Positions 1 through 11,900 of a DNA stretch of 64,000 nt are shown here, piece by piece. The stretch spans positions 372,001-436,000 of the forward strand of contig MU008201.1 of the NCBI GenBank assembly GCA_010909165.1, given 5' to 3'. A model generated the notes under the pieces. That model saw only the letters and a list, made by a program, of their open reading frames with translations. It made no database searches and was not told where the DNA came from. This DNA is from Anthoceros angustus. Taxonomy: Eukaryota > Plantae > Anthocerotophyta. The stretch's first letter is position 1. The number at the start of each line of letters is the position of its first letter. The translations under genes were made by a program, and so were the position numbers.

Positions 1-393
1 GCCTCCTGCAGCCTACCATCACATGCACACATACGCAAGATATGGTTCCCGAAGTTGTGTGCATTCGCATCGTGCCCAAGCTTGACAGTGAGATCATGAA
101 CTCGTCACCCCATAACCAACAACGGGTCCGGTCGCCATACCGTGGCCATCGTTCAGGAACCCCTGTCGGGACACGAGCCTAACAACACACCCACCAGCAC
201 AGTATGTGAAGGATGCCAATTGCCCATTTGAGCTTGGGATATGTAGAGTGCTCGGCTCAGGGTTGTCGCCGGAAGCGGCAGTCATGGTTCGGCCTGAATT
301 CTGTGTGAGCGCCGGTCGAACGATGAATCTCAGTTCTGGTCCAGTCTGGTGGGCTTCAGACCCCAGACATCCTCACATTGCTGGATGAAGGCA

Positions 394-693
394 GCTAACC
401 AGGAGCTTAAAAATGAGGAACTTAGGTTAAGGCTAGAAAACGGAGGATCTTCAATATGAAGCATGGTTGCCAACTAGTATTGCTTTGATATCTAAGACCT
501 TGCTTATTGATCTCATGTTACAGAGCCTTCACTAACAAGAATGAGTGCGCATCGTGGGGCTAGGGAAGACTGCTCTAGGGCCGGGGTGCAGACCCAAAAC
601 CCTTGAGTCACCATGCGGGCACGAGCGCTGGAACCTGAAAATGTGAGCGCAACCAAACCTCCTACATTTCCTATTTTTTAGCCCCTTGTTAGC
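394..693. mobile_element. Putative MITE-like element (~300 bp) with imperfect terminal inverted repeats
   Basis: Left end GCTAACCAGGAGCTTAAAAATGAGGAA resembles the reverse complement of the right end, GCTAACAAGGGGCTAAAAAATAGGAA. The interior is non-coding. No clear TSD, unless the terminal GC is a 2-bp duplication. Confidence 0.45.
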
Positions 694-1872
694 TGGACAT
701 CACACTATCGCACAGAGCTCAAGTGCCGGAACAACACGAGCGACAACACTTGCAGGACATCGAACAATCATTTGAAAAGTCGCAGGACGGATGGAAACTG
801 GAGGTTTGGCAGAGCCAGAGCCAGAGACTGAGGCCCTGACTCACGGCAGCTGCTCCAGCCCTAACCTCAGATCATACTGTACATGGCCACAGTCAAGAGC
901 ACGGCTGTTTGGCCCAGTCCTCGCAAGTGGCCAAGTTCCAAACAATTCTGAAGCAGAGCTTCAAATTCCTGTAAGCGTGGCCCTGCAACATGTAAAATGT
1001 GGCAGGCAAGCATTCGCTTGACGTCGCGCATGAGGAGTTTCAACATGGATGTGGAGGCACCTCGACCTATCTCCATGTCCAGAGCAGCAACACATGCGCT
1101 TCAGCTGTCACAACTAATGTATGTGTGTGAGACTAATGTGTGAGGAGCAGCACCTCCATGAAAATACTCAGTGTGTTTCCACATGTATCTATCTCGGTTT
1201 TAAAGACTGCGCCCTAAAGCCGTAAAGATAAAAAGGGACCCTATAACTAATGTGTAAGACTAATGTGTGAGGAGCAGCACCTCCATGATGCAGCTGATAG
1301 TGTTTCCACATGTATCTCAGTTTCAAAGACCGTGCCCAAGAGATAAAAAAGGATCCTATAATACATTTCAGGTATGTTGATCTCAAGAATCGAAACCATT
1401 ACCGTTCGGTCATTATAGGCAACACGACTAACGAAAACAAAACAGACAAACAAATTTATTTGATGTCCACTAAGGGTGAACATGCCGCCCTGGGACTCGT
1501 TCTCCAGGCAACTTGCTCCATGGAGTAAACTAAACTAAGTAGCACCAGAGGTATTCCTCTCTTGGAAGGTACTTCATCCGGTCCCCCTTGCGGTGTAGAG
1601 TGCAATCAACACGATCAATATGCGATATAAAATATATAGTTTTTGAGGATTAACAAACCCAACGTGGAATGGGGCATATACGCCCTCCTATTTTCACAGG
1701 CCTTATGTACTAGAAGAAGAAGACATTGGGAAGCGCAGTGAAGACAGAGTCCAATGCGCAGTGAAGACAGAGTCCAATGTCGGAAAAGCTCCTCTATTTG
1801 CCGGCAAAGACAACAAAATTTTCATGGTTATGGGCCTTGGCTAGCTAGTGTCTATAGGTGTCATGGTGACTA

Positions 1873-2072
1873 CATCTCTTGCTCCATCTCTTGCCATCTC
1901 TTGCTCCATCTCTTGCCATCTCTTGCTCCATCTCTTGCCATCTCTTGCTCCATCTCTTGTCCTCTCTTGCTCCATCTCTTGCCATCTCTTGCCATCTCTT
2001 GCCACCTCTTGCCACCTCTTGCCACCTCTTGCCACCTCTTGCCACCTCTTGCCACTTCTTGCCACCTCTTAC
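1873..2072. repeat. 10/12-bp minisatellite (CATCTCTTGC, CATCTCTTGCTC, CACCTCTTGC)
   Basis: Directly visible tandem array just downstream of the TBP-like stop codon. It explains the many repetitive spurious ORFs in this interval. Confidence 0.95.
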
Positions 2073-2108
2073 CATGTGCTGCCATTTCGGATGGTCATGC
2101 CCAGTAGT

Positions 2109-2852
2109 TCATGAACTCCTTGGAAGACGACAGCTATTCTGTATGAACGGGTAGAGCCGTTCAACGCACCGGGAAAACTGACCGAGCTCCCGTGCTCCTG
2201 TCACCACGATATTCCCACTGTGATAAACAGTGACATTCACCCACTTGTCGACATACACTTGCTGACGAAGGCCAGGATACAGTTCCGGCTCAAAGGTCAG
2301 ATACCCAAGCTGCCCATCATCGTTGTCCCCAGCTTTGTATCCCGTCTGCTCACTCCCGAGCAACCTCCGGAGAAGGGGCAGGTCCAGGCCGAAGGGCAGC
2401 TTCAGCTTGCCCACCCGGTTGGTGACGCGGAACCCGGAGACTCGCACATCCGCGTACCCGATGTCCTGAACGAGCCGCGCGATCTCGTCCCCTGCACGGT
2501 GCGCAGAGCCCTCGTTGGGAGCTCCCATGAACGTGACTTTCCCCGTCTTGAACACGAAGGCAGTCAGGCCCCGCCTCTGCTTCCAGCTGAGCTTGCAGCG
2601 AACGAAGCCGCCCTTCACCTGGTGCTCCGCGTTGGGCAGCAATGTGCTCAGCATCGCCACGTCCACAGGGACGCCCAGGCTCAGCGTCCCGCACACGTTC
2701 ACTTCCTTGATGTGTTGAACCAGGATCGCAGCCGATGGCAGCTGGCCAGGCTTGTCCTCGACCTTGTCGGCGCCGCCGGCCACCAGCTCACTATCGTCCT
2801 GGCCTGCGAACGGGTCGGACATGTCCCGACCAGTCTCATATGCAGCATACAT
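2109..2852 (-). CDS. Divergent TATA-binding protein (TBP)-like factor, intronless; start at MYAAYE (2852) or MSDPF (2822)
   Basis: Two TBP half-repeats are present: VNVCGTLSLG..LPNAEH..F..TAFVFKTGKVTFMGA..IARLVQDIGY and FRVTNRVG..PFGLDL..FEPELYPGL..VYHSGNIVVTGA..ERLYPFI. These align to canonical QNIVSTVNL..NAEY..TALIFASGKMVCTGA and FKIQNIVG..YEPELFPGL..IFVSGKIVITGA. The ORF is uninterrupted. Confidence 0.85.
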   Translation of the reverse strand: MYAAYETGRDMSDPFAGQDDSELVAGGADKVEDKPGQLPSAAILVQHIKEVNVCGTLSLGVPVDVAMLSTLLPNAEHQVKGGFVRCKLSWKQRRGLTAFVFKTGKVTFMGAPNEGSAHRAGDEIARLVQDIGYADVRVSGFRVTNRVGKLKLPFGLDLPLLRRLLGSEQTGYKAGDNDDGQLGYLTFEPELYPGLRQQVYVDKWVNVTVYHSGNIVVTGARELGQFSRCVERLYPFIQNSCRLPRSS

Positions 2853-3301
2853 ATCCACAAGAAAAAGACGCCAGACACGAGGAGGGGAAAAGGACACCTC
2901 ACACGAGATCGGGAAAAAGACGCGAGACACGAGAGCGGGAGCAGGAGCAGTTGACAGGAGAAATGGCGGAGAACGAGCGTAAAACGGCAGGAGCCTTGGT
3001 GTATTTTCTTCCTGTAAAACCTAAGCAGTTTGGGCGGGAGGCGGCTGAGTTTGAATATTTCGACCTCGGGCGCGAGTTTTGATGTTGTCGACTCCACGGA
3101 TGGCTTCAGCGTGGGCTTGTCGATGTCGACATCCGCGGATGGATGGAACATGTTTTCATTTAACAGCTGGGTGCAGGGCTGGGAAGCTCAGGTCTTGAAC
3201 ATGTATGCAACATCCATGAAACGCACAACACTGCACAGCGTTAGGAGCTCTAGAGCGTCCCGACGCTCGTGAGAGCTAGAGGGACGTCCTGCGTTGCTCT
3301 A

Positions 3302-5945
3302 ACAGAGTGCGAACCATTCGACTTGTTGTGTTGAATGGGGCTGACATGCAGGTCCCTGGAGCTTTGGCCGTTGCTATTGCATCGAGAAGGTCCCGGTGTC
3401 CAAGGAATCTCGTTGTCGCATCCTGTTGTGGCTCTGGGGACAGCTGCTCGCACCTTGTGGATGTGGGTTATTGCGTTCGTTCAGGTGGCCACGGATTCCA
3501 CCATAACGTTGGCACAGGAAACAGTGTCGAGCCATGTGCATCACTGGGATCCACAGCACTCGGCGTGAGCGACAGATACCTGCTGCAGGTTTGTTAATCC
3601 CACTTTGCACAGTTGCATACACTGCTGGTTTGTGACTGCTAATCGGCACAGCTGAACATATCTTGTGTTGGTTTCTGCTGTGTGGATCTGGTACAGATGC
3701 TGGCTCTGGTGGCTTGTCAAGAGCAGGTCATGTGGTGACGTTTTTACAGGCACAGGTGCCAGCTGCTGCAAACGTCACATTTGTATTGTCACAGTGGACG
3801 AGTTCTTTATTTGGGGAGGACTTCTATCGTAGACATTGCTCTGGTGGGTTGATGCAGTAACCTTGAATTGCAAGCTGATCTTGCTGTGCACGAGTGTGGC
3901 ATGCACTTGAAACTGGTGAGGGCTTCTACGTGCACATCAACAGCTCGGCTTGTGAACAATCTGCTGTTAGTTCAGGTACCTTGAGGACGCTTGCAAGACG
4001 TGACTTACAGACCTGTATGCTGGGAGATGGCTTCTTGTTCCATAGTTTCACCGCCAGCATGGCTTCAGGCTGTGGAGGCAGTTGCGGCATGGCTTCAGGC
4101 ATGTGGCTCCGTGTTGTGGTAGACCAGATATTCTCACATGGACGTCATTGTATGGGCGTCGTGCAGAGGCCTGGCGGGCACAACATCGTGAGATGTTTGA
4201 CTACGGGATTCGTGAAGCCTCTTATTGGTTTTGTCTTGGATGATGGTGAGCACGTGAATCGGGACTGACTGTGCACCATTTTACTGCTTCTGGGTAAGAA
4301 CCCAGGGATGTGCAATCTTGGTAAGGAGGGGGTGGATTCTGTGCCTGGCTTCTCGGAGACCTGGTTGCACATCGGGTTCAGGGTCCTGGTCGCCTAGAGT
4401 TTCTTGCAGGTATGCCTCGTTTTGTTTGCTGCGCATGCCCCGTGCACGTTTCACACCGGAAATCCTATGTCGTAAACAGCTTACGGCTACAAGATGTTAT
4501 GGTGGTATTGCCTGGATTTGTTTTCCTTAACAACGGAGCCCTGCAGGGTTCACAGTTTCTCTGCTTCAAGAGCCCACGCCAAAAACCACCACTTTCTAAG
4601 GAGCGTCCAGAGCCGGCACCACGTGACCTTCTGCTGGAAGCTACGTCTTCTGCTGGAAGCTACGTCCATGTGGCAGCTTACACGGTATTCCTTTTTCTGT
4701 GAACCAGCTCACATGTACATGTTTATGTGGATCGAAGCTTGATAAAATAATTTCAGATTAGTCTGTAAGATTCATTGGACTGAGGCAGCTGTTGGCGTCG
4801 AAGAATTTCTCTATGCTATAATCATACAAAGTTCATGTCACGTCTACAAGTGTGTGTTCAGCAAAGACGTCCACTACTGGCCATGGAATTTGGAGACACC
4901 GGTCTACATTTTGAACTGTGCGCCATGAATGTACAGACAAGGTCTTCTTACGGCTTGGAATCATGATAGGTGGACTGTTTTGAATCTGCAATGGGGCTTG
5001 CAAAGGATATGGAAATGAATGGATCGTTCATTTTGTACCAGGTTTGCTAACAACTAGGTGGGCATGATTGGATGATTGGATGGTGATAATTGGTGGAGGG
5101 GACACGCGGCAGCTTTATTTCCTTGGATGTGTGAAGCTTCCTGCACATGCCCTGCTCACGGGGAGAGGCTGTCAGTTACCCTGTTCAACTGGCTCGTGAT
5201 TCAATGCTCAAATCATCTGTGCCACAATGAACTTGATTCATGGAGCTACCAGCCCGAAGTGACTTGCGAACGACTGTGGGCATGCAGTGGAACAGGGAGG
5301 CAATCTATTTTGTTGCCGCCCTCCATGTTCTACGAACTGAGGTGGCAGGGCGCCATCAGTGGAACTGAGACTACTGAAGATCTCACGGATGAACTGGGAA
5401 AGGAATGTGTCCTGTCGAATTCTGATTTACGAGGACTGCTAAAGTCAAGATTGATGGTCCTTTTGGAAATTTTCCACTGATCATGCAGTGCTTCAGAAGG
5501 CCAAAGTACAAAGTGCTTCTTCCGCTGCGATGGCTACTGATTCATTCTATGCGTATGCTTATTAGATGTTCCAGAAGCCGGCAGATCCCTGACATCATGA
5601 AACAGGAGACTTACAGGTCCTCATTTTGGGCACGTAGGAGCACTTGGTAGCGGCGGCAATTGGAGGGCTTGCAATGCAGCTGAACTGCCTTCTGGAAGAA
5701 GATGACACAACCTTAGTGGGTGCTGACGGCAACCAAGACCATGGATGGTGTGAGTGGACTGTACGGGTGACAAAGCGTGTGTACCCCCAGAAACTTCTTT
5801 CATCACTTACTTTTCAGTCCAGTGTGTGATCAACAGCCTCTTCAAATGGGAACCAAGATGGATGTCAGGATGAGGCTTGAAATTCTGTGTCACTGATACA
5901 CTTGCTGCATCTCCTTGAGATTAACATTTTCTGCTGATGTCTGTT
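3302..5945 (+). pseudogene. Inverted, intron-retaining, degraded duplicate of the class-3 lipase gene at 8906-12894
   Basis: Colinear with the reverse complement of ~12869-10065 (RVRTIRLVV, ALGTAARTLWMWVIAFVQVAT, LDGDNWWRGHAAA, LAMQLNCLLEEDDTTLVGADG). It has frameshifts, lacks the start codon, and has lost the segment carrying GHSLG. Confidence 0.85.
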
Positions 5946-6178
5946 TCGTAAGGGGTCCGGCGAGGTGTTGTGGGTAAACATGTTTCAGCCCGCTTGGAAT
6001 AACTGTTCGCACATTATGTCACAGGGGAAGCTTCCTGAGCCGTGGGGGCCCTGGAGTCTCTGTCGCAGACAGTCTGCTATTTCTCAGTCTTTATTTTACA
6101 CTGTGCCAAAACTCTGAGAAGAGCACACTCGGTGCGATCGCGAACTTGACAGATTTCACGCCTCCATAGAGAACCCTG

Positions 6179-6798
6179 TGATAGAATATGCCAAGGAACA
6201 CAACAAGAACTCTATAGATATATAACTACAGCATAGAAGATAGATACAAGAAAAAGTAGAGTGCACAGATCATGTATCTAGAACACAGTCTACAAACCCT
6301 TATATAAGGTGAGCCTATATACTAAGATAATATTTACATGCAGATCATATGAGAAGAGTAGACGTTATTAATAGGCGAGATGGGGAATCTCATCTACCCC
6401 TGAAGTCCGAGGAGGAACAACCCAAAAAGGGCTAATAGTAAAAGGGAAAGTCCTAGTCTCCTCGAATGCCTTTCCCGTTATAACTACCTAGTTATAACTA
6501 CCTACTGCACGAATGATATCGTGATCAGGGATAATGAAGGGTCTACCTACCACCAGTGCCGAAGAAGCCGCTAGTCCTACGCACATAACCGCCTATAAAC
6601 AGCGTTAGTCAGCGCTTTCTGCAGAGCTATGGAAACCCCCTGGCTAAAGAAAGCCACCATGGAGGAAAGGGAGGCCCCTCCAATTCCTGTAGCTGTGATA
6701 GGCTTTTGCACACTCCTTAATTAACCTAGGGAAGTCCTTGTCCTTGATCATATGACCGTAAGCATACTAATCAACAAACCCTAAAACTTATTCCAACA
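6179..6798 (-). mobile_element. Putative 3' LTR remnant of an LTR retrotransposon, with degraded adjacent internal sequence to ~7550
   Basis: On the minus strand, a purine tract (AAGGAGAGAGG) precedes TGTTGG...CTATCA (TG..CA termini), with an internal TATATAAG. No partner LTR or clear pol motif was found. Confidence 0.4.
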
Positions 6799-8905
6799 AC
6801 CTCTCTCCTTAAAACTAATTGTAGTCTTGAAACCTTCTCTCCTCTTTAATCTAGTTATCATTTAGCCTAGAAGTCCCTTTACACAAGACGTGTGACAAGA
6901 GAGAAAATTCTAAGTAGCATTAATTAAAAACCCTTAATAACAACGAAAAAAACTCATTAGGGAGGAGTCTTTATGACTCTAGTAAGTCTACTTCTATGAT
7001 AAATGCTGTGGATGTAGAAGTATAACCCAAGGTGATATATAGTGAAAATACAAAGTAAATTTTTCTAAAGCATGGAACATTCAAAACATGACTGCAAATA
7101 TATAGTAGAGCCATTGGACTGCACAACACCAATATCTCCAACCTCGATAGGAAGAACCATCTCCAAGATCTATCCGCTGCCCATCAGAATGAGATTTAAA
7201 GCTTGAAAACCAATTTTGTTTACCAGTCATATGCTAACATGCACCCAAATCAATACACCATTCACCATTTGCATCAGCAGCGACACTCAACAAGGCAAGA
7301 AAAGAAAGTTTTGTAGACAATGAAGATAGTGGAGGAACAGTAGGCCCTGATTCACCAATCACCACATTACTTTGTGGCAAAACAGAAACTCGAGAAAATT
7401 GACAAAATCATGCAATATGTCCAAGTCGTTGACAATTAAAACTAATAAGAAGAGCACAAGACACTCCACCCAAAGTTCGAAGCCCAAAAAAAGCCGGATA
7501 TGATTGTGAGGAAAAACGAGGTGGATGTGAGAAATTCTCATTCCCTAGCAACCTACGCCAATTATCGTTTCGAGCAACACGTTGCTTTTGTTTAAATAAC
7601 CTTATCTTTAAGCAAGTAATTAATATTGATTAATCTAACATGTTTATTTTAATTAATTGTTGATTAGTATTAATTAAACATGGTTAGCCATGGAGATCGG
7701 TAAGTTGCAAGATCTGCACACAAAAAGCTCCAAGCGCACAAACTATCAAAAGAATGCCTAGCTGAGCGCGCAAGGCAACTATATAGCATGTTCTCAATTG
7801 CTTCCAAACATCCACGTTAGCCCTTAAGGTCTATGTGAATCGTCCTCAATGTTAAGGCCCCAAATAATTGCTCATTGGGAAACTATTCTTCTTCCAAAAC
7901 TTTAAGCTCCTGCGCCAACGGTCTGGTCCTACTGCACAGAGCTATGTCTTTTATGTGCACCTTTCACACTTGGCATTAATCTTGTATTTTAATCGCTCTC
8001 CTAACAAGATGAGCCAGAAGATGTCATTGCAACAAGAATCCGGCTACCCTGGCTTGGCAGTTTGGCACCGGATTACACACGAACTAACCAACTGCTTCTG
8101 CTTTTGTGAACAAAGATTCTCACTCTCCAACACCTAATCGAACTTCAAAGCTGTTGCTAACATCAACCGCAGCGCGTCATGATCACAACATACAAGTTTT
8201 TCTATCCAAAGTTGTGTCAATCAAGTCATAGGTGTAATGAAGTTCTACATGGGGGCACGACTCTGATTTGTACAGAGGATTCTGCAGCTTGCAAGGCTAT
8301 CGCTTGTTTCCACGCTGACAATCAAGCCAAGTCTCTCATCTCAGGCCTGCCCAATCCACCATGGTCAGGAGTGAGGATTGGTGCTTACACAGCAATGAAT
8401 CATGCCAATTCTCTCCTCTCCTGCAATAACCATAATGGTCAGGAGTCAGGATTGGTGCTTAACACACAGTAACCCATGGTACGATTTGACCTACTACAGC
8501 GCTGGAATCTTACCAAAGGCAAGCCTTCACCTAGTGCCCTAGTAGTTGCACTGGTGGAATAAAACTGCTGCCGTTTGAATGAATCCTCATCCTGCAACGC
8601 ACAATTAGTCTCACTCCGGGGTCGAAGCTCTCCAAACTGGGTTAGTTCGAAGTATTTGGGTCTTTTGGCAATATGGTACCCTCTCCTGCTTCCTCGGCTG
8701 TAAATGTGACAACACCATCTTCCTCAGCTATAATTGTGACAACACCGTCTTCCTCGGTGTGGACACAATCTTCCTCATCTTACTTTCAGGAGGTTTCCTC
8801 CTAGCCTATACTAAACTTGGGATTTATACAACCGTAAGTTTTGATTTCATATGGACAGCCTCTAATGGAATGTGCCAGCACAACAGTAGAGAGCACAAAT
8901 GCAGT

Positions 8906-11900
8906 TCAAACAATCTCTGAACTGTCTGAGATGTTGTGAACAAAACCATTGTCCTCTCTGAATTCCACATCAGCAACAAGTTCATTCAAGGCCTGTTGAC
9001 ACCTGCTCACAAAGGATCACATGTACCACCTCAGCAACAACATGACAACGAAACCTTGAAGCAACTCGGAATGCCATTAGATCGAATGGGACCAAAGTCC
9101 CCATACTTACTTCCAAGGTAGATGGTCAAGGAACATGGATGGCGACACCACAATGTCCCTGAAATGTGTGCAGTCCCTGAGAAGAGCCCTGTGCCGGTGC
9201 TTGTGACATTCACTATACAAAGTTCGCCTCCTACTTGCCTTCAGGTCGCAAACGACATGTATAATTAGTCCAGGTACAAACATCTCCGCAGGCCACAGTT
9301 TCTCCACTGCTGCTGCCATGCTGGTGTTATCCATTGATCCAAACAACTGTGGCTCTTCAGAAATCTGCAATTCTACGTGGTTGCAACTCTCCTCTGAGAC
9401 CAGACTTTCTGCCCCACTGTGTTTTCTACATGTGCTGAGAAGCCTCTCTGCATCCTCACCATGGCAACTTTCACCCCCTGCGCGCACACCACAGACTTCT
9501 CCATCAGCATTCTCAGACATGGAAACACTGCTGCTTCCACCAACAAAACTTGATCCATTCCATGCCGTTGTGTCCTCTGCCGTGCGCAGACAAGCAGAGC
9601 CTTCAGCTGATTCAACAAACGTTTCCAATTTCTTGGTTGAATTGGCATCTAAGGATCCATTACACATGAGCTCAGAGCTACTGGCTGACTGAAAGCTACT
9701 ACCCGACACATGTATGAGTCTGGAACCACTCTTAGGAATTGAAGGTTTCAGCTTGCTCTTCGTCATGTGCATTATACACTGGCATGTATGAGAACAGAGA
9801 CAAAGACCACCTTTGAATGAGTTGATAAATCGCCGTCGAAAGTATTGGGGGTTCTCATCTCTGGATGTAGATGAAGAGCTGTGAACTGCAGAACTGCTTT
9901 GCTCGGATTCCAAAACTTTTTGTGAACCCCAACACCGCCAAAGATTCGTGACCACAGCAGAATCAGCATTCACAGCTTTTAACTTAACAAGAGCTTTCTC
10001 CCGCAGCTTCATGATAGATGACAAAGATAGTCGAGAGGAGAACTCATCATTGTAGACTATACTGCACACATCAGCAGACAACTTTGATCTCAAAGAAATG
10101 TGGCAAGTGTATCAGTGACAAACAGAACAGCCTCACCCTCATAATTGGTACCTGGTTATGAAGCTAGAACAGGCTTTGGCTGTGACAGCATCTAGACATG
10201 GTAGTAACCCATAAGCATACACATGTAATGAAGGGAACCGATCATAAAGCTGCAATGCCCAGCCAATTCAGGTGTCAGAATAAGATTAGCACAGTCAGTA
10301 TAAAACTACGCAACTTCAGTTGGCTCTAAGCATCACATGGATCGTACCCTTAATGCTGTCAAGGAAGCAATAGCACCCCCCAGTGAATGACCAACAAATC
10401 GGAGAGAATAACCATCACACGGTCCTTCTGGAGCAAGAAGTGAAGACAGCCATCCTGGTTCACTTTGAAGAAACTGCTGATCACCTGTTTGGTACACAAA
10501 GGTCTGAAAAGTAAGCTATCCACGCTTTTTTAACCATACAGTGTGTGATAGAGGACACGGTCAATCCACTCATACCATATCTTGGAATGGTGGCTTCGCT
10601 GCCATCAGCGCCCACTAAGGTTGTGTCATCCTCTTCCAGATGGCCATCCAACTGCATTGCAAGCTCTCTTGCTGCTGCTACCACTCCTATGTGGCCAAAA
10701 TGAGGACTTGTGGAGGCGATCTCCTGTTTCATGATGTCAGGGATCTGCTGGCTTCTGAAACATCAAAGTACACATCAAATTCATCAGTAGCCATTACAGC
10801 GGAAGAAGCCTGCTATACTCTGGCCTTCTGAAGAACACTACAAGCAGTAGAAACATTCATCAACTCTTACTTCAGCAGTCCTTGTAGATCGGAATCTGAC
10901 AGGACACACTCCTTTCCCAGACCATCTGTGATGAGATCTTCAGGAGTCTCAGTTCCACGGACAGCTACCACCACAGTTCGCAGATCATGGAGGGCTGCAA
11001 CAAAATAGACTGCCTCCCTGTTCATCTGCCCACTGCCGTTCGTAAGTCACTTCTAACCAGTAGCTCCATCAATCAAGTGCATCATGGTGCAGATGATTTG
11101 AGCATTGAAATGAGAGTAAGTTGAACAGAGTACCTGACAGACTCTTCCCTTGAGCAGGGCATGTGCAGGAAGCTTCACATGTCTAAGGAAAGCTGCTGCA
11201 TGTCCCCGCCACCAATTATCACCATCCAATGATGGCCTCCTGTCACCAAAAGTCATACAAAATGAGCGAGTTCATCTCAACATCCTTGCAAGCACCACAG
11301 CAGATTCCATGCAGCAAACCTGTTACGATTCCAAGCCGTAAAAAGACCTTGTCTGTACAACCATGCACACAGAAATGTGGACCGGTGTCGCCCAACATCC
11401 AGCAGTGGTCCCTGTTGTATACATGCAAAAGTTACAAAGGACTTTGCACAATAAGACTACACGTGAAATTCCTCCGATGCCACCTAGCTGCCTCAGTCTG
11501 ATGAAATCTTACAGACTAATCCAAATTTTTTTTGTCACGCCATATAAACATGTGAGCCAGTTTACAGAAAAAGAAATACCGTGTAAGCTGCCACTGCATA
11601 TGGATGTAGCTGTGTAGCTTCAAGCAGAAGCTCACGTGGTGCCTCTGGATGCTCCTCATAAACCGTTGGTTTCGGCGTGGGCTCATGAAGGAGAGCAACT
11701 CCTATACACAGGACTTTGTTGTTGAGAGAAGAGCAAATCCAGATAACATAACTACCTCTGGTGTGAAACGTGGGTCAGCAAAGCAGAAAGGGCATACCTG
11801 CGAGAAACTCTAGGTGACCAGGACCCTCAGCCCGATACGCAACCAGGTCACCAAGAAGTGAAGCTACAGAATCCACCTCCTCCTTCTTAAGAACATCCCT

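Noticed and set aside
1-1340. Short ORFs (e.g. 867-1076) and a duplicated ACTAATGTGTGAGGAGCAGCACCTCCATGA segment
   Set aside because: No recognisable family or consistent exon structure; cannot be supported as a gene.
1754-2154. Multiple overlapping ORFs with ARGGKRWQEV / SCHLLP repeats
   Set aside because: These are translations of the minisatellite, open in several frames, with no domain.
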